Shown: positions 50,370-64,000 of the stretch, one piece after another
Numbering within the stretch: the stretch's first letter is position 1
How the letters are laid out: each line of letters begins with the position of its first letter
From: Lingula anatina
Taxonomy: Eukaryota > Animalia > Brachiopoda
Direction of reading: 5' to 3'
Assembly (NCBI GenBank): GCA_051362555.1
Contig: CM120646.1
Span: forward strand, 8,928,001-8,992,000
Length of the DNA stretch: 64,000 nt
Program-made: the position numbers and the translations under genes
The notes under the pieces: model-generated
The model's input: only the letters and a program-made list of their open reading frames with translations
Database searches by the model: none
Told to the model about the DNA's origin: nothing

Positions 50370-53300
50370 TGTGATAAGTTTAACAGTTGACAGTGTGTGA
50401 CAGAATTGTAGTTGTTTGACATTTTGTTTGCGAAGAGTGAGAATTACCTACAATATTTTTTTTTTCAATTTCACAACATCTAATTAGACTCACATTAAAC
50501 ATCAAATATTATGATTTGAATTTGTTTGTGTAAGAGGTGACAAATTACCCATAATTTTCCTCTGGAAAAGAATATATACCCATTTAAGACATCTCCTTAC
50601 TACCAATACCAGATGCAGATTCCTCCTTACAATCGGTTTCTGGAATTGAGGTTTAGCACACCATTTGACAATGTCCTAAAGCTTGCCATATACCATCTAT
50701 TGTACACATGGATGAGACATAGCATTGCTCTTGCTGTTGTCTTTTGCTGTCTGTTTTTTCTATGGGAATTAGACCTGACCAGACAGGAAGAATCAGTTCA
50801 CCAAAAAAGCCATCACGCTGTATGGAAAAGGTTACCTGGAAAAAGAACAATATGTTTGATAAAAGTGAAAATTAAATTCTAAAAATTGACAAATTTCCCA
50901 CACTAAAATAGATGAACAATAATTTTGATAAACTTAACCTAAACAGTTGACTATGACTAATAAAAAGGATATTTTCAGAACATATAAATTTGAGAAATAC
51001 TGAAAATGACATTGAAAAGACTGCCAAATGCGGTGCCTTAAAATAGTTAAATGTTAATAATTTTGACAAATCTTGTCCAATATTTTTCAAATTTGGACAG
51101 ATGATGCATAACAATAATAACAATCTGTGATAAGCTCATCAGTTGACTGTGTCTCATGAAAAACATTTTTCAGAGCAAATAAATGTGAGAAAACTGAAAA
51201 TAAAACTGAAAAGATTGCCAAATTCCATGGTATAAAATAGTTAAACATTAATTTTTTTCACAAATCTTCTCCAATATTTGTGGAATTGGGAGTGATGATG
51301 CTTAACAATAATAAAAATCTGTGATTAGCTCATCAGTTTACTGTGTTTCATGAAAAACATTTTTGAGAGCATATAAATGTGAGAAAACTGAAAATGACAT
51401 TGCAAAGACTGCAAAATTCCATGGCTTAAAATAGTTAAACGTTAATAATTTTCACAAATCTTGTCTAATATTTGTGGAATTTGGAGAGATGATGCTTATC
51501 AATAATAAAAATCTGTGATAAGCTCATCAGTTTACTGTGTCTCATGAAAAACATTTTTTTTTTTTGGACAATAAATTTGAGAAAACTGAAAATAACACTG
51601 AAACGACTGCCAAATTCCATGGCTTAAAATAGTTAAACGTTAATAATTTTTACAAATCTTGTCTAATATTTATGAAATTTGGACAGACGATGCATAACAA
51701 TAATAAAAATCTGTGATAAGCTCATCAGTTGAATGTGTCTCATGAAAAAGAATTTTCAGAGCATATAAATGTGAAAAAACTGAAAATGACATTGCAAAGA
51801 CTGCAAAATTCCATGGCTTAGAATAGTTAAACGTTAATAATTTTCACAAAACATGTACAATATTTGTGAAATTTGGAGAGATGATGCTTAACAACAATAA
51901 AAATCTGTGATAAGCTCAACAGTTGACTGTGTCTCATAAAAAATATTTTTTTGGACAATAAAATTGAGAAAACTGAAAATGACATTGAAAAGACTGCAAA
52001 ATGCGGTGCCTTAAAATAGTTAAATGTTAATAATTTTCACAAAACATGTACAATATTTGTGAAATTTGGAGAGATGATGCTTAACAACAATAAAAATCTG
52101 TGATAAGCTCATCAGTTTACTGTGTCTCATGAAAACCATTTTTTCTTTGGACAATAAATTTGAGAAAACTGAAAATAACACTGAAATGACTGCCAAATTC
52201 CATGGCTTAAAATAGTTAAACGTTAATCATTTTTACAAATCTTGTCTAATATTTATGAAATTTGGACAGATGATGCATAACAATAATAAAAATCTGCGAT
52301 AAGCTCATCAGTTGAATGTGTCTCATGAAAAAGAATTTTCAGAGCATATAAATGTGAAAAAACTGAAAATGACACTAAAAAGACTGCAAAATTCCATGGC
52401 TTAAAATAGTTAAACGTTAATAATTTTCACAAATCTTGTCTAATATTTGTGAAATTTGGATAGATGATGCATAACAACAATAAAAATATGTGATAAGCTC
52501 AACAGTCGACTGTGTCTCATAAAAAATATTTTTTTGGACAATAATTTTGAGAATACTGAAAATGACATTGAAAAGACTGCCAAATGCGGTGCCTTAAAAT
52601 AGTTAAATGTTAATAATTTTCACAAATCTTGTGCAATATTTGTGGAATTTGGAGAGATGATGCTTAACAATAATAAAAATCTGTGATAAGCTCATCAGTT
52701 GAATGTGTCTCATGAAAAAGAATTTTCAGAGCATATAAATGTGACAAAACTGAAAATGACACTGAAAAGACTGCCAAATGCGGTGCCTTAAAATAGTTAA
52801 ATGTTAATAATATTCACAAATCTTGTCCAATATTTGTGGAATTTGGAGAGATGAAGCATAACAACAATAAAAATCTGTGATAAGCTCAACAGTTGACTGT
52901 GTCTCATAAAAAATATTTTTTTGGACAATAAATTTGAGAAAACTGAAAATGACATTGAAAAGACTGCTAAATTCCATGGCTTAAAATAGTTAAACGTTAA
53001 TAATTTTCACAAATCTTGTCTAATATTTGTGAAATTTGGACAGATGATGCATAACAATAATAAAAATCTGTGAAAAGCTCGTCAAATGAATGTCTCATGA
53101 AAAAGAATTTTCAGAGCATATAAATGTGAGAAAACTGAAAATGACACTAAAAAGACTGCAAAATTCCAAGGTATCAAATAGTTAAACATTAATATTTTTC
53201 ACAAATCTTGTCCAATATTTGTGGGATTTGGAGAGATGCTGATTAACCATAATAAAAATCTGTGATAAGCTCATCAGTTGACTCTGTCTCATTAAAAAGA

Positions 53301-56300
53301 TTTTTTTGGACAATAAATTTGAGAAAATTGAAAATGACACTGAGAAGACTGCAAAAGGCGGTGCCTTAAAAAAGTTAAACGTTAATAATTTTCACAAAAC
53401 TTGTTCAATATTTGTGAAATTTGGAGAGATGATGCTTAACAATAACAAAAATCTGTGATAAGTTTAACAGTTGACAGTGTGTGACAGAATTGTAGTTGTT
53501 TGACATTTTGTATGCGAAGAGTGAGAATTATCTACAATATTTTTTTTTCAATTTCACAACATCTAATTGGACTCACATTAAACATCAAATATTATGATTT
53601 GAGTTTGTTTGTGTAAGAGGTGACAAATTACCCATAATTTTCCTCTGGAAAAGAATATATACCCATTTAAGACATCTCCTAACTACCAATACCAGATGCA
53701 GATTCCTCCTTACAATCGGTTTCTGGAATAGGGTTTAGCACACCATTTGACAATGTCCTAAAGCTTGCCATATACCATCTATTGTACACATGGATGAGAC
53801 ATAGCATTGCTCTTGCTGTTGTCTTTTGCTGTCTGTTTTTTCTATAGGAATTAGCCCTGACCAGACAGGAAGAATCAGTTCACCAAAAAAGCCATCACGC
53901 TGTATGGAAAAGGTTACCTGGAAAAAGAACAATATGTTTGATAAAAGTGAAAATTAAATTCTAAAAATTGACAAATTTCCCACACTAAAATAGATGAACA
54001 ATAATTTTGATAAACTTAACCTAAACAGTTGACTAATACTAACAAAAAGGATATTTTCAGAACATATAAATTGAGAAATACTGAAAATGACATTGAAAAG
54101 ACTGCCAAATGCGGTGCCTTAAAATAGTTAAATGTTAATAATTTTCACAAATCTTGTCCAATATTTTTCAAATTTGGACAGATGATGCATAACAATAATA
54201 AAAATCTGTGATAAGCTCAACAGTTGACTGTGTCTCATTAAAAAGGTTTTTTTGGACAAAATTTGAGAAAATTGAAAATGACACTGACTGCAAAAGGTGG
54301 TGCCTTAAAATAGTTAAACGTTAATAGTTTTCACAAAACTAGTTCAATATTTGTGAATTTTGGATAGATGATGCATAAAAACATTAAAAATATGTGATAA
54401 GCTCAACAGTTGACTGTGTCTCATAAAAAATATTTTTTTGGACAATAAAATTGAGAATACTGAAAATGACATTGAAAAGAATGCAAAATGCGGTGCCTTA
54501 AAATAGTTAAACATTAATAGTTTTCACAAAACTAGTTCAATATTTTTGAAATTTGGAGAGATGATGCATAACAATAACAAAAATCTGTGATAAGTTTAAC
54601 AGTTGACAGTGTGTGACAGAATTGTAGTTGTTTGACATTTTGTTTGCGAAGAGTGAGAATTACCTACAATATTTTTTTTTTCAATTTCACAACATCTAAT
54701 TAGACTCACATTAAACATCAAATATTATGATTTGAATTTGTTTGTGTAAGAGGTGACAAATTACCCATAATTTTCCTCTGGAAAAGAATATATACCCATT
54801 TAAGACATCTCCTTACTACCAATACCAGATGCAGATTCCTCCTTACAATCGGTTTCTGGAATTGAGGTTTAGCACACCATTTGACAATGTCCTAAAGCTT
54901 GCCATATACCATCTATTGTACACATGGATGAGACATAGCATTGCTCTTGCTGTTGTCTTTTGCTGTCTGTTTTTTCTATGGGAATTAGACCTGACCAGAC
55001 AGGAAGAATCAGTTCACCAAAAAAGCCATCACGCTGTATGGAAAAGGTTACCTGGAAAAAGAACAATATGTTTGATAAAAGTGAAAATTAAATTCTAAAA
55101 ATTGACAAATTTCCCACACTAAAATAGATGAACAATAATTTTGATAAACTTAACCTAAACAGTTGACTATGACTAATAAAAAGGATATTTTCAGAACATA
55201 TAAATTTGAGAAATACTGAAAATGACATTGAAAAGACTGCCAAATGCGGTGCCTTAAAATAGTTAAATGTTAATAATTTTGACAAATCTTGTCCAATATT
55301 TTTCAAATTTGGACAGATGATGCATAACAATAATAACAATCTGTGATAAGCTCATCAGTTGACTGTGTCTCATGAAAAACATTTTTCAGAGCAAATAAAT
55401 GTGAGAAAACTGAAAATAAAACTGAAAAGATTGCCAAATTCCATGGTATAAAATAGTTAAACATTAATTTTTTTCACAAATCTTCTCCAATATTTGTGGA
55501 ATTGGGAGTGATGATGCTTAACAATAATAAAAATCTGTGATTAGCTCATCAGTTTACTGTGTTTCATGAAAAACATTTTTGAGAGCATATAAATGTGAGA
55601 AAACTGAAAATGACATTGCAAAGACTGCAAAATTCCATGGCTTAAAATAGTTAAACGTTAATAATTTTCACAAATCTTGTCTAATATTTGTGGAATTTGG
55701 AGAGATGATGCTTATCAATAATAAAAATCTGTGATAAGCTCATCAGTTTACTGTGTCTCATGAAAAACATTTTTTTTTTTTTGGACAATAAATTTGAGAA
55801 AACTGAAAATAACACTGAAACGACTGCCAAATTCCATGGCTTAAAATAGTTAAACGTTAATAATTTTTACAAATCTTGTCTAATATTTATGAAATTTGGA
55901 CAGACGATGCATAACAATAATAAAAATCTGTGATAAGCTCATCAGTTGAATGTGTCTCATGAAAAAGAATTTTCAGAGCATATAAATGTGAAAAAACTGA
56001 AAATGACATTGCAAAGACTGCAAAATTCCATGGCTTAGAATAGTTAAACGTTAATAATTTTCACAAAACATGTACAATATTTGTGAAATTTGGAGAGATG
56101 ATGCTTAACAACAATAAAAATCTGTGATAAGCTCAACAGTTGACTGTGTCTCATAAAAAATATTTTTTTGGACAATAAAATTGAGAAAACTGAAAATGAC
56201 ATTGAAAAGACTGCAAAATGCGGTGCCTTAAAATAGTTAAATGTTAATAATTTTCACAAAACATGTACAATATTTGTGAAATTTGGAGAGATGATGCTTA

Positions 56301-58800
56301 ACAACAATAAAAATCTGTGATAAGCTCATCAGTTTACTGTGTCTCATGAAAACCATTTTTTCTTTGGACAATAAATTTGAGAAAACTGAAAATAACACTG
56401 AAATGACTGCCAAATTCCATGGCTTAAAATAGTTAAACGTTAATCATTTTTACAAATCTTGTCTAATATTTATGAAATTTGGACAGATGATGCATAACAA
56501 TAATAAAAATCTGCGATAAGCTCATCAGTTGAATGTGTCTCATGAAAAAGAATTTTCAGAGCATATAAATGTGAAAAAACTGAAAATGACACTAAAAAGA
56601 CTGCAAAATTCCATGGCTTAAAATAGTTAAACGTTAATAATTTTCACAAATCTTGTCTAATATTTGTGAAATTTGGATAGATGATGCATAACAACAATAA
56701 AAATATGTGATAAGCTCAACAGTCGACTGTGTCTCATAAAAAATATTTTTTTGGACAATAATTTTGAGAATACTGAAAATGACATTGAAAAGACTGCCAA
56801 ATGCGGTGCCTTAAAATAGTTAAATGTTAATAATTTTCACAAATCTTGTGCAATATTTGTGGAATTTGGAGAGATGATGCTTAACAATAATAAAAATCTG
56901 TGATAAGCTCATCAGTTGAATGTGTCTCATGAAAAAGAATTTTCAGAGCATATAAATGTGACAAAACTGAAAATGACACTGAAAAGACTGCCAAATGCGG
57001 TGCCTTAAAATAGTTAAATGTTAATAATATTCACAAATCTTGTCCAATATTTGTGGAATTTGGAGAGATGAAGCATAACAACAATAAAAATCTGTGATAA
57101 GCTCAACAGTTGACTGTGTCTCATAAAAAATATTTTTTTGGACAATAAATTTGAGAAAACTGAAAATGACATTGAAAAGACTGCTAAATTCCATGGCTTA
57201 AAATAGTTAAACGTTAATAATTTTCACAAATCTTGTCTAACATTTGTGAAATTTGGACAGATGATGCATAACAATAATAAAAATCTGTGAAAAGCTCGTC
57301 AAATGAATGTCTCATGAAAAAGAATTTTCAGAGCATATAAATGTGAGAAAACTGAAAATGACACTAAAAAGACTGCAAAATTCCAAGGTATCAAATAGTT
57401 AAACATTAATATTTTTCACAAATCTTGTCCAATATTTGTGGGATTTGGAGAGATGCTGATTAACCATAATAAAAATCTGTGATAAGCTCATCAGTTGACT
57501 CTGTCTCATTAAAAAGATTTTTTTGGACAATAAATTTGAGAAAATTGAAAATGACACTGAGAAGACTGCAAAAGGCGGTGCCTTAAAAAAGTTAAACGTT
57601 AATAATTTTCACAAAACTTGTTCAATATTTGTGAAATTTGGAGAGATGATGCTTAACAATAACAAAAATCTGTGATAAGTGTAACAGTTGACAGTGTGTG
57701 ACAGAATTGTAGTTGTTTGACATTTTGTATGCGAAGAGTGAGAATTATCTACAATATTTTTTTTTCAATTTCACAACATCTAATTGGACTCACATTAAAC
57801 ATCAAATATTATGATTTGAGTTTGTTTGTGTAAGAGGTGACAAATTACCCATAATTTTCCTCTGGAAAAGAATATATACCCATTTAAGACATCTCCTAAC
57901 TACCAATACCAGATGCAGATTCCTCCTTACAATCGGTTTCTGGAATAGGGTTTAGCACACCATTTGACAATGTCCTAAAGCTTGCCATATACCATCTATT
58001 GTACACATGGATGAGACATAGCATTGCTCTTGCTGTTGTCTTTTGCTGTCTGTTTTTTCTATAGGAATTAGCCCTGACCAGACAGGAAGAATCAGTTCAC
58101 CAAAAAAGCCATCACGCTGTATGGAAAAGGTTACCTGGAAAAAGAACAATATGTTTGATAAAAGTGAAAATTAAATTCTAAAAATTGACAAATTTCCCAC
58201 ACTAAAATAGATGAACAATAATTTTGATAAACTTAACCTAAACAGTTGACTAATACTAACAAAAAGGATATTTTCAGAACATATAAATTGAGAAATACTG
58301 AAAATGACATTGAAAAGACTGCCAAATGCGGTGCCTTAAAATAGTTAAATGTTAATAATTTTCACAAATCTTGTCCAATATTTTTCAAATTTGGACAGAT
58401 GATGCATAACAATAATAAAAATCTGTGATAAGCTCAACAGTTGACTGTGTCTCATTAATAGTTTTTTTTGGACAAAATTTGAGAAAATTGAAAATGACAC
58501 TGACTGCAAAAGGTGGTGCCTTAAAATAGTTAAACGTTAATAGTTTTCACAAAACTAGTTCAATATTTGTGAATTTTGGATAGATGATGCATAAAAACAT
58601 TAAAAATATGTGATAAGCTCAACAGTTGACTGTGTCTCATAAAAAATATTTTTTTGGACAATAAAATTGAGAATACTGAAAATGACATTGAAAAGAATGC
58701 AAAATGCGGTGCCTTAAAATAGTTAAACATTAATAGTTTTCACAAAACTAGTTCAATATTTTTGAAATTTGGAGAGATGATGCATAACAATAACAAAAAT
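50370..58800. repeat. Near-identical 4216-bp higher-order tandem duplication
   Basis: Identical ORFs offset by 4216-4217 bp (50613/54829, 50872/55088, 53735/57952) and shared rare variants. Confidence 0.93.
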
Positions 58801-60699
58801 CTGTGATAAGTTTAACAGTTGACAGTGTGTGACAGAATTGTAGTTGTTTGACATTTTGTATGCGAAGAGTGAGAATTATCTACAAGATTTTTTTTTCAAT
58901 TTCACAACATCTAATTAGACTCACATTAAACATCAAATATTATGACTTGAGTTTGTTTGTGTAAGAGGTGACAAATTACCCATAATTTTCCTCTGGAAAA
59001 GAATATATACCCATTTAAGACATCTCCTTACTACCAATACCAGATGCAGATTCCTCCTTACAATCGGTTTCTGGAATTGAGGTTTAGCACACCATTTGAC
59101 AATGTCCTAAAGCTTGCCATATACCATCTATTGTACACATGGATGAGACATAGCATTGCTCTTGCTGTTGTCTTTTGCTGTCTGTTTTTTCTATAGGAAT
59201 TAGCCCTGACCAGACAGGAAGAATCAGTTCACCAAAAAAGCCATCACGCTGTATGGAAAAGGTCACCTGGAAAAAGAACAACATGTTTGATAAAAGTGAA
59301 AATAAAATTCTAAAAATTGACAAATTTCCCACACTAAAATAGTTGAACAATAATTTTGATAAACTTAACCTAATGGTTGACTATGTCTAATAAAAAGGAT
59401 ATTTTCAGAACATATAAATTTGAGAAATACTGAAAATGACATTGAAAAGACTGCAAAATGCGGTGCCTTAAAATAGTTAAATGTTAATAATTTTCACAAA
59501 TCTTGTGCAATATTTGTGGAATTTGGAGAGATGATGCTTAACAATAATAAAAATCTGTGATAAGCTCATCAGTTGAATGTGTCTCATGAAAAAGAATTTT
59601 CAGAGCATATAAATGTGACAAAACTGAAAATGACACTGAAAAGACTGCCAAATTCCAAGGTATCAAATAGTTAAACATTAATATTTTTCACAAATCTTGT
59701 CCAATATTTGTGGGATTTGGAGAGATGATGCATAACAACAATAAAAATCTGTGATTAGCTCATCAGTTTACTGTGTTTCATGAAAAACATTTTTGAGAGC
59801 ATATAAATGTGAGAAAACTGAAAATGACATTGCAAAGACTGCAAAATTCCATGGCTTAAAATAGTTAAACATTAATAATTTTCACAAATCTTGTCTAATA
59901 TTTGTGGAATTTGGAGAGATGATGCTTAACAACAATAAAAATCTGTGATAAGCTCATCAGTTGACTGTGTCTCATTAAAAAGGTTTTTTTGGACAATAAA
60001 TTTGAGAAAAATGAAAATGACACTGAGAAGACTGCAAAATGCGGTGCCTTAAAATAGTTAAACGTTAATAATTTTCACAAATCTTGTCCAATATTTGTGA
60101 AATTTGGACAGATGATGCATAACAACAATAAAAATCTGTGATTAGCTCATCAGTTTACTGTGTTTCATGAAAAACATTTTTGAGAGCATATAAATGTGAG
60201 AAAACTGAAAATGACATTGCAAAGACTGCAAAATTCCATGGCTTAAAATAGCTAAATGTTAATAATTTTCACAAATCTTGTCTAATATTTGTGGAATTTG
60301 GAGAGATGATGCTTAACAATAATAAAAATCTGTGATAAGCTCATCAGTTTACTGTGTCTCATGAAAAACATTTTTTTTTTTTGGACAATAAATTTGAGAA
60401 AACTGAAAATAACACTGAAACGACTGCCAAATTCCATGGCTTAAAATAGTTAAACGTTAATAATTTTTACAAATCTTGTCTAATATTTATGAAATTTGGA
60501 CAGATGATGCATAACAATAATAAAAATCTGCGATAAGTTATCAGTTGAATGTGTCTCATTAAAAAGAATTTTCAGAGCATATAAATGTGAAAAAACTGAA
60601 AATGACATTGCAAAGACTGCAAAATTCCATGGCTTAGAATAGTTAAACGTTAATAATTTTCACAAAACATTTTCAATATTTGTGAAATTTGGAGAGATG

Positions 60700-63600
60700 A
60701 TGCTTTACAATATCAAAAATCTGTGATAAGTTTAACAGTTGACAGTGTGTGATAGAATTGTAGTTGTTTGACATATTGTATGCGAAGAGTGAGAATTATC
60801 TACAATATTTTTTTTTCAATTTCACAACATCTAATTAGACTCACATTAAACATCAAATATTATGATTTGAGTTTGTTTGTGTAAGAGGTGACAAATAAGC
60901 CATAATTTTCCTCTGGAAAAGAATATATACCCATTTAAGACATCTCCTTACTACCAATACCAGATGCAGATTCCTCCTTACAATCGGTTTCTGGAATAGG
61001 GTTTAGCACACCATTTGACAATGTCCTAAAGCTTGCCATATATCATCTATTGTACACATGGATGAGACATAGCATTGCTCTTGCTGTTGTCTTTTGCTGT
61101 CTGTTTTTTCTATAGGAATTAGCCCTGACCAGACAGGAAGAATCAGTTCACCAAAAAAGCCATCACCCTGTATGGAAAAGGTTACCTGGAAAAAGAACAA
61201 TATGTTTGATAAAAGTGAAAATTAAATTCTAAAAATTGACAAATTTCCCACACTAAAATAGATGAACAATAATTTTGATAAACTTAACCTAAACAGTTGA
61301 CTATGACTAACAAAAAGGATATTTTCAGAACATATAAATTTGAGAAATACTGAAAATGACATTGAAAAGACTGCCAAATGCGGTGCCTTAAAATAGTTAA
61401 TTGTTAATAATTTTCACAAACCTTGTCCAATATTTTTCAAATTTGGACAGATGATGCATAACAATAATAAAAATCTGTGATAAGCTCATCAGTTGAATGT
61501 GTCTCATGAAAAAGAATTTTCAGAGCATATAAATGTGAAAAAACTGAAAATGACATTGCAAAGACTGCAAAATTCCATGGCTTAAAATAGTTAAACTTTA
61601 ATAATTTTCACAAATCTTGTCTAATATTTGTGAAATTTGGACAGATGATGCATAACAACAATAAAAAAATGTGATTAGCTCATCAGTTTACTGTGTTTCA
61701 TGAAAAGCATTTTTGAGAGCATATAAATGTGAGAAAACTGAAAATGACATTGCAAAGACTGCAAAATTCCATGGCTTAAAATAGCTAAATGTTAATAATT
61801 TTCACAAATCTTGTCTAATATTTGTGGAATTTGGAGAGATGATGCTTAACAATAATAAAAATCTGTGATAAGCTCATCAGTTTACTGTGTCTCATGAAAA
61901 ACATTTTTTTTTTGGACAATAAATTTGAGAAAACTGAAAATAACACTGAAACGACTGCCAAATTCCATGGCTTAAAATAGTTAAACGTTAATAATTTTTA
62001 CAAATCTTGTCCAATATTTTTCAAATTTGGACAGATGATGCATAACAACAATAAAAATCTGTGATAAGCTCATCAGTTGAATGTGTCTCATGAAAAAGAA
62101 TTTTCAGAGCATATAAATGTGAAAAAACTGAAAATGACATTGCAAAGACTGCAAAATTCCATGGCTTAGAATAGTTAAACGTTAATAATTTTCACAAAAC
62201 ATTTTCAATATTTGTGAAATTTGGAGAGATGATGCTTAACAATATCAAAAATCTGTGATAAGTTTAACAGTTGACAGTGTGTGATAGAATTGTAGTTGTT
62301 TGACATATTGTATGCGAAGAGTGAGAATTATCTACAATATTTTTTTTTCAATTTCACAACATCTAATTAGACTCACATTAAACATCAAATATTATGATTT
62401 GAGTTTGTTTGTGTAAGAGGTGACAAATTACCCATAATTTTCCTCTGGAAAAGAATATATACCCATTTAAGACATCTCCTTACTACCAATACCAGATGCA
62501 GATTCCTCCTTACAATCGGTTTCTGGAATAGGGTTTAGCACACCATTTGACAATGTCCTAAAGCTTGCCATATATCATCTATTGTACACATGGATGAGAC
62601 ATAGCATTGCTCTTGCTGTTGTCTTTTGCTGTCTGTTTTTTCTATAGGAATTAGCCCTGACCAGACAGGAAAAATCAGTTCACCAAAAAAGCCATCACGC
62701 TGTATGGAAAAGGTTACCTGGAAAAAGAACAATATGTTTGATAAAAGTGAAAATTAAATTCTAAAAATTGACAAATTTCCCACACTAAAATAGATGAACA
62801 ATAATTTTGATAAACTTAACCTAAACAGTTGACTATGACTAACAAAAAGGATATTTTCAGAACATATAAATTTGAGAAATACTGAAAATGACATTGAAAA
62901 GACTGCCAAATGCGGTGCCTTAAAATAGTTAATTGTTAATAATTTTCACAAACCTTGTCCAATATTTTTCAAATTTGGACAGATGATGCATAACAATAAT
63001 AAAAATCTGTGATAAGCTCATCAGTTGAATGTGTCTCATGAAAAAGAATTTTCAGAGCATATAAATGTGAAAAAACTGAAAATGACATTGCAAAGACTGC
63101 AAAATTCCATGGCTTAAAATAGTTAAACTTTAATATTTTTCACAAATCTTGTCTAATATTTGTGAAATTTGGACAGATGAAGCATAACAACAATAAAAAA
63201 ATGTGATTAGCTCATCAGTTTACTGTGTTTCATGAAAAGCATTTTTGAGAGCATATAAATGTGAGAAAACTGAAAATGACATTGCAAAGACTGCAAAATT
63301 CCATGGCTTAAAATAGCTAAATGTTAATAATTTTCACAAATCTTGTCTAATATTTGTGGAATTTGGAGAGATGATGCTTAACAATAATAAAAATCTGTGA
63401 TAAGCTCATCAGTTTACTGTGTCTCATGAAAAACATTTTTTTTTTGGACAATAAATTTGAGAAAACTGAAAATAACACTGAAACGACTGCCAAATTCCAT
63501 GGCTTAAAATAGTTAAACGTTAATAATTTTTACAAATCTTGTCCAATATTTTTCAAATTTGGACAGATGATGCATAACAACAATAAAAATCTGTGATAAG

Positions 63601-64000
63601 CTCATCAGTTGAATGTGTCTCATGAAAAAGAATTTTCAGAGCATATAAATGTGAAAAAACTGAAAATGACATTGCAAAGACTGCAAAATTCCATGGCTTA
63701 GAATAGTTAAACGTTAATAATTTTCACAAAACATTTTCAATATTTGTGAAATTTGGAGAGATGATGCTTAACAATATCAAAAATCTGTGATAAGTTTAAC
63801 AGTTGACAGTGTGTGATAGAATTGTAGTTGTTTGACATATTGTATGCGAAGAGTGAGAATTATCTACAATATTTTTTTTTCAATTTCACAACATCTAATT
63901 AGACTCACATTAAACATCAAATATTATGATTTGAGTTTGTTTGTGTAAGAGGTGACAAATTACCCATAATTTTCCTCTGGAAAAGAATATATACCCATTT
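60700..64000. repeat. 1532-bp higher-order tandem duplication
   Basis: Core ORFs at 61003 and 62535; the monomer variant order repeats with the same offset to the window end. Confidence 0.9.

Larger units (their letters stand above)
27800..64000. repeat. ~194-bp satellite array with degenerate left edge, interspersed cores and insertions; continues past the window end
   Basis: ataagctcatcag recurs at 33041, 33235, 33429 and 33623 (194-bp period); well over 80 monomers; degenerate monomers at 27800-28680 and 30590-32300. Confidence 0.97.

Noticed and set aside
32880-64000. CRISPR-like reading of the repeat/core alternation
   Set aside because: Units are 194 bp, the interspersed cores are copies of each other rather than unique spacers, no cas genes are present, and the context is eukaryotic

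Overview
AT-rich, gene-poor eukaryotic DNA. The repeat families present suggest a marine invertebrate, possibly a lophotrochozoan; this is an inference. No intact host gene is visible. The first ~27 kb is a patchwork of transposon remnants: a decayed Tc1 DD34E element, a decayed Naiad-type Penelope-like element (PLE) with a hammerhead ribozyme, the 3' end of a non-LTR retrotransposon, a PIF/Harbinger remnant, several MITEs, Helentron-type non-autonomous elements (HINEs), three tandem tRNA-like Pol III units and a possible decayed CUB-like exon. From ~27.8 kb to the window end runs a ~194-bp satellite that becomes more homogeneous inward. It is punctuated about 12 times by a ~370-bp non-satellite, exon-like core and has amplified through 4.2-kb and 1.5-kb higher-order duplications. 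The array is interrupted by a young 5'-truncated Penelope/Poseidon element (RT + GIY-YIG, inverted pLTR, hammerhead, TSD), a Kolobok-like MITE and a 9.6-kb HINE holding two other HINE families and a TA-targeted TIR element. Coordinates were read by eye and may be off by a few bases.
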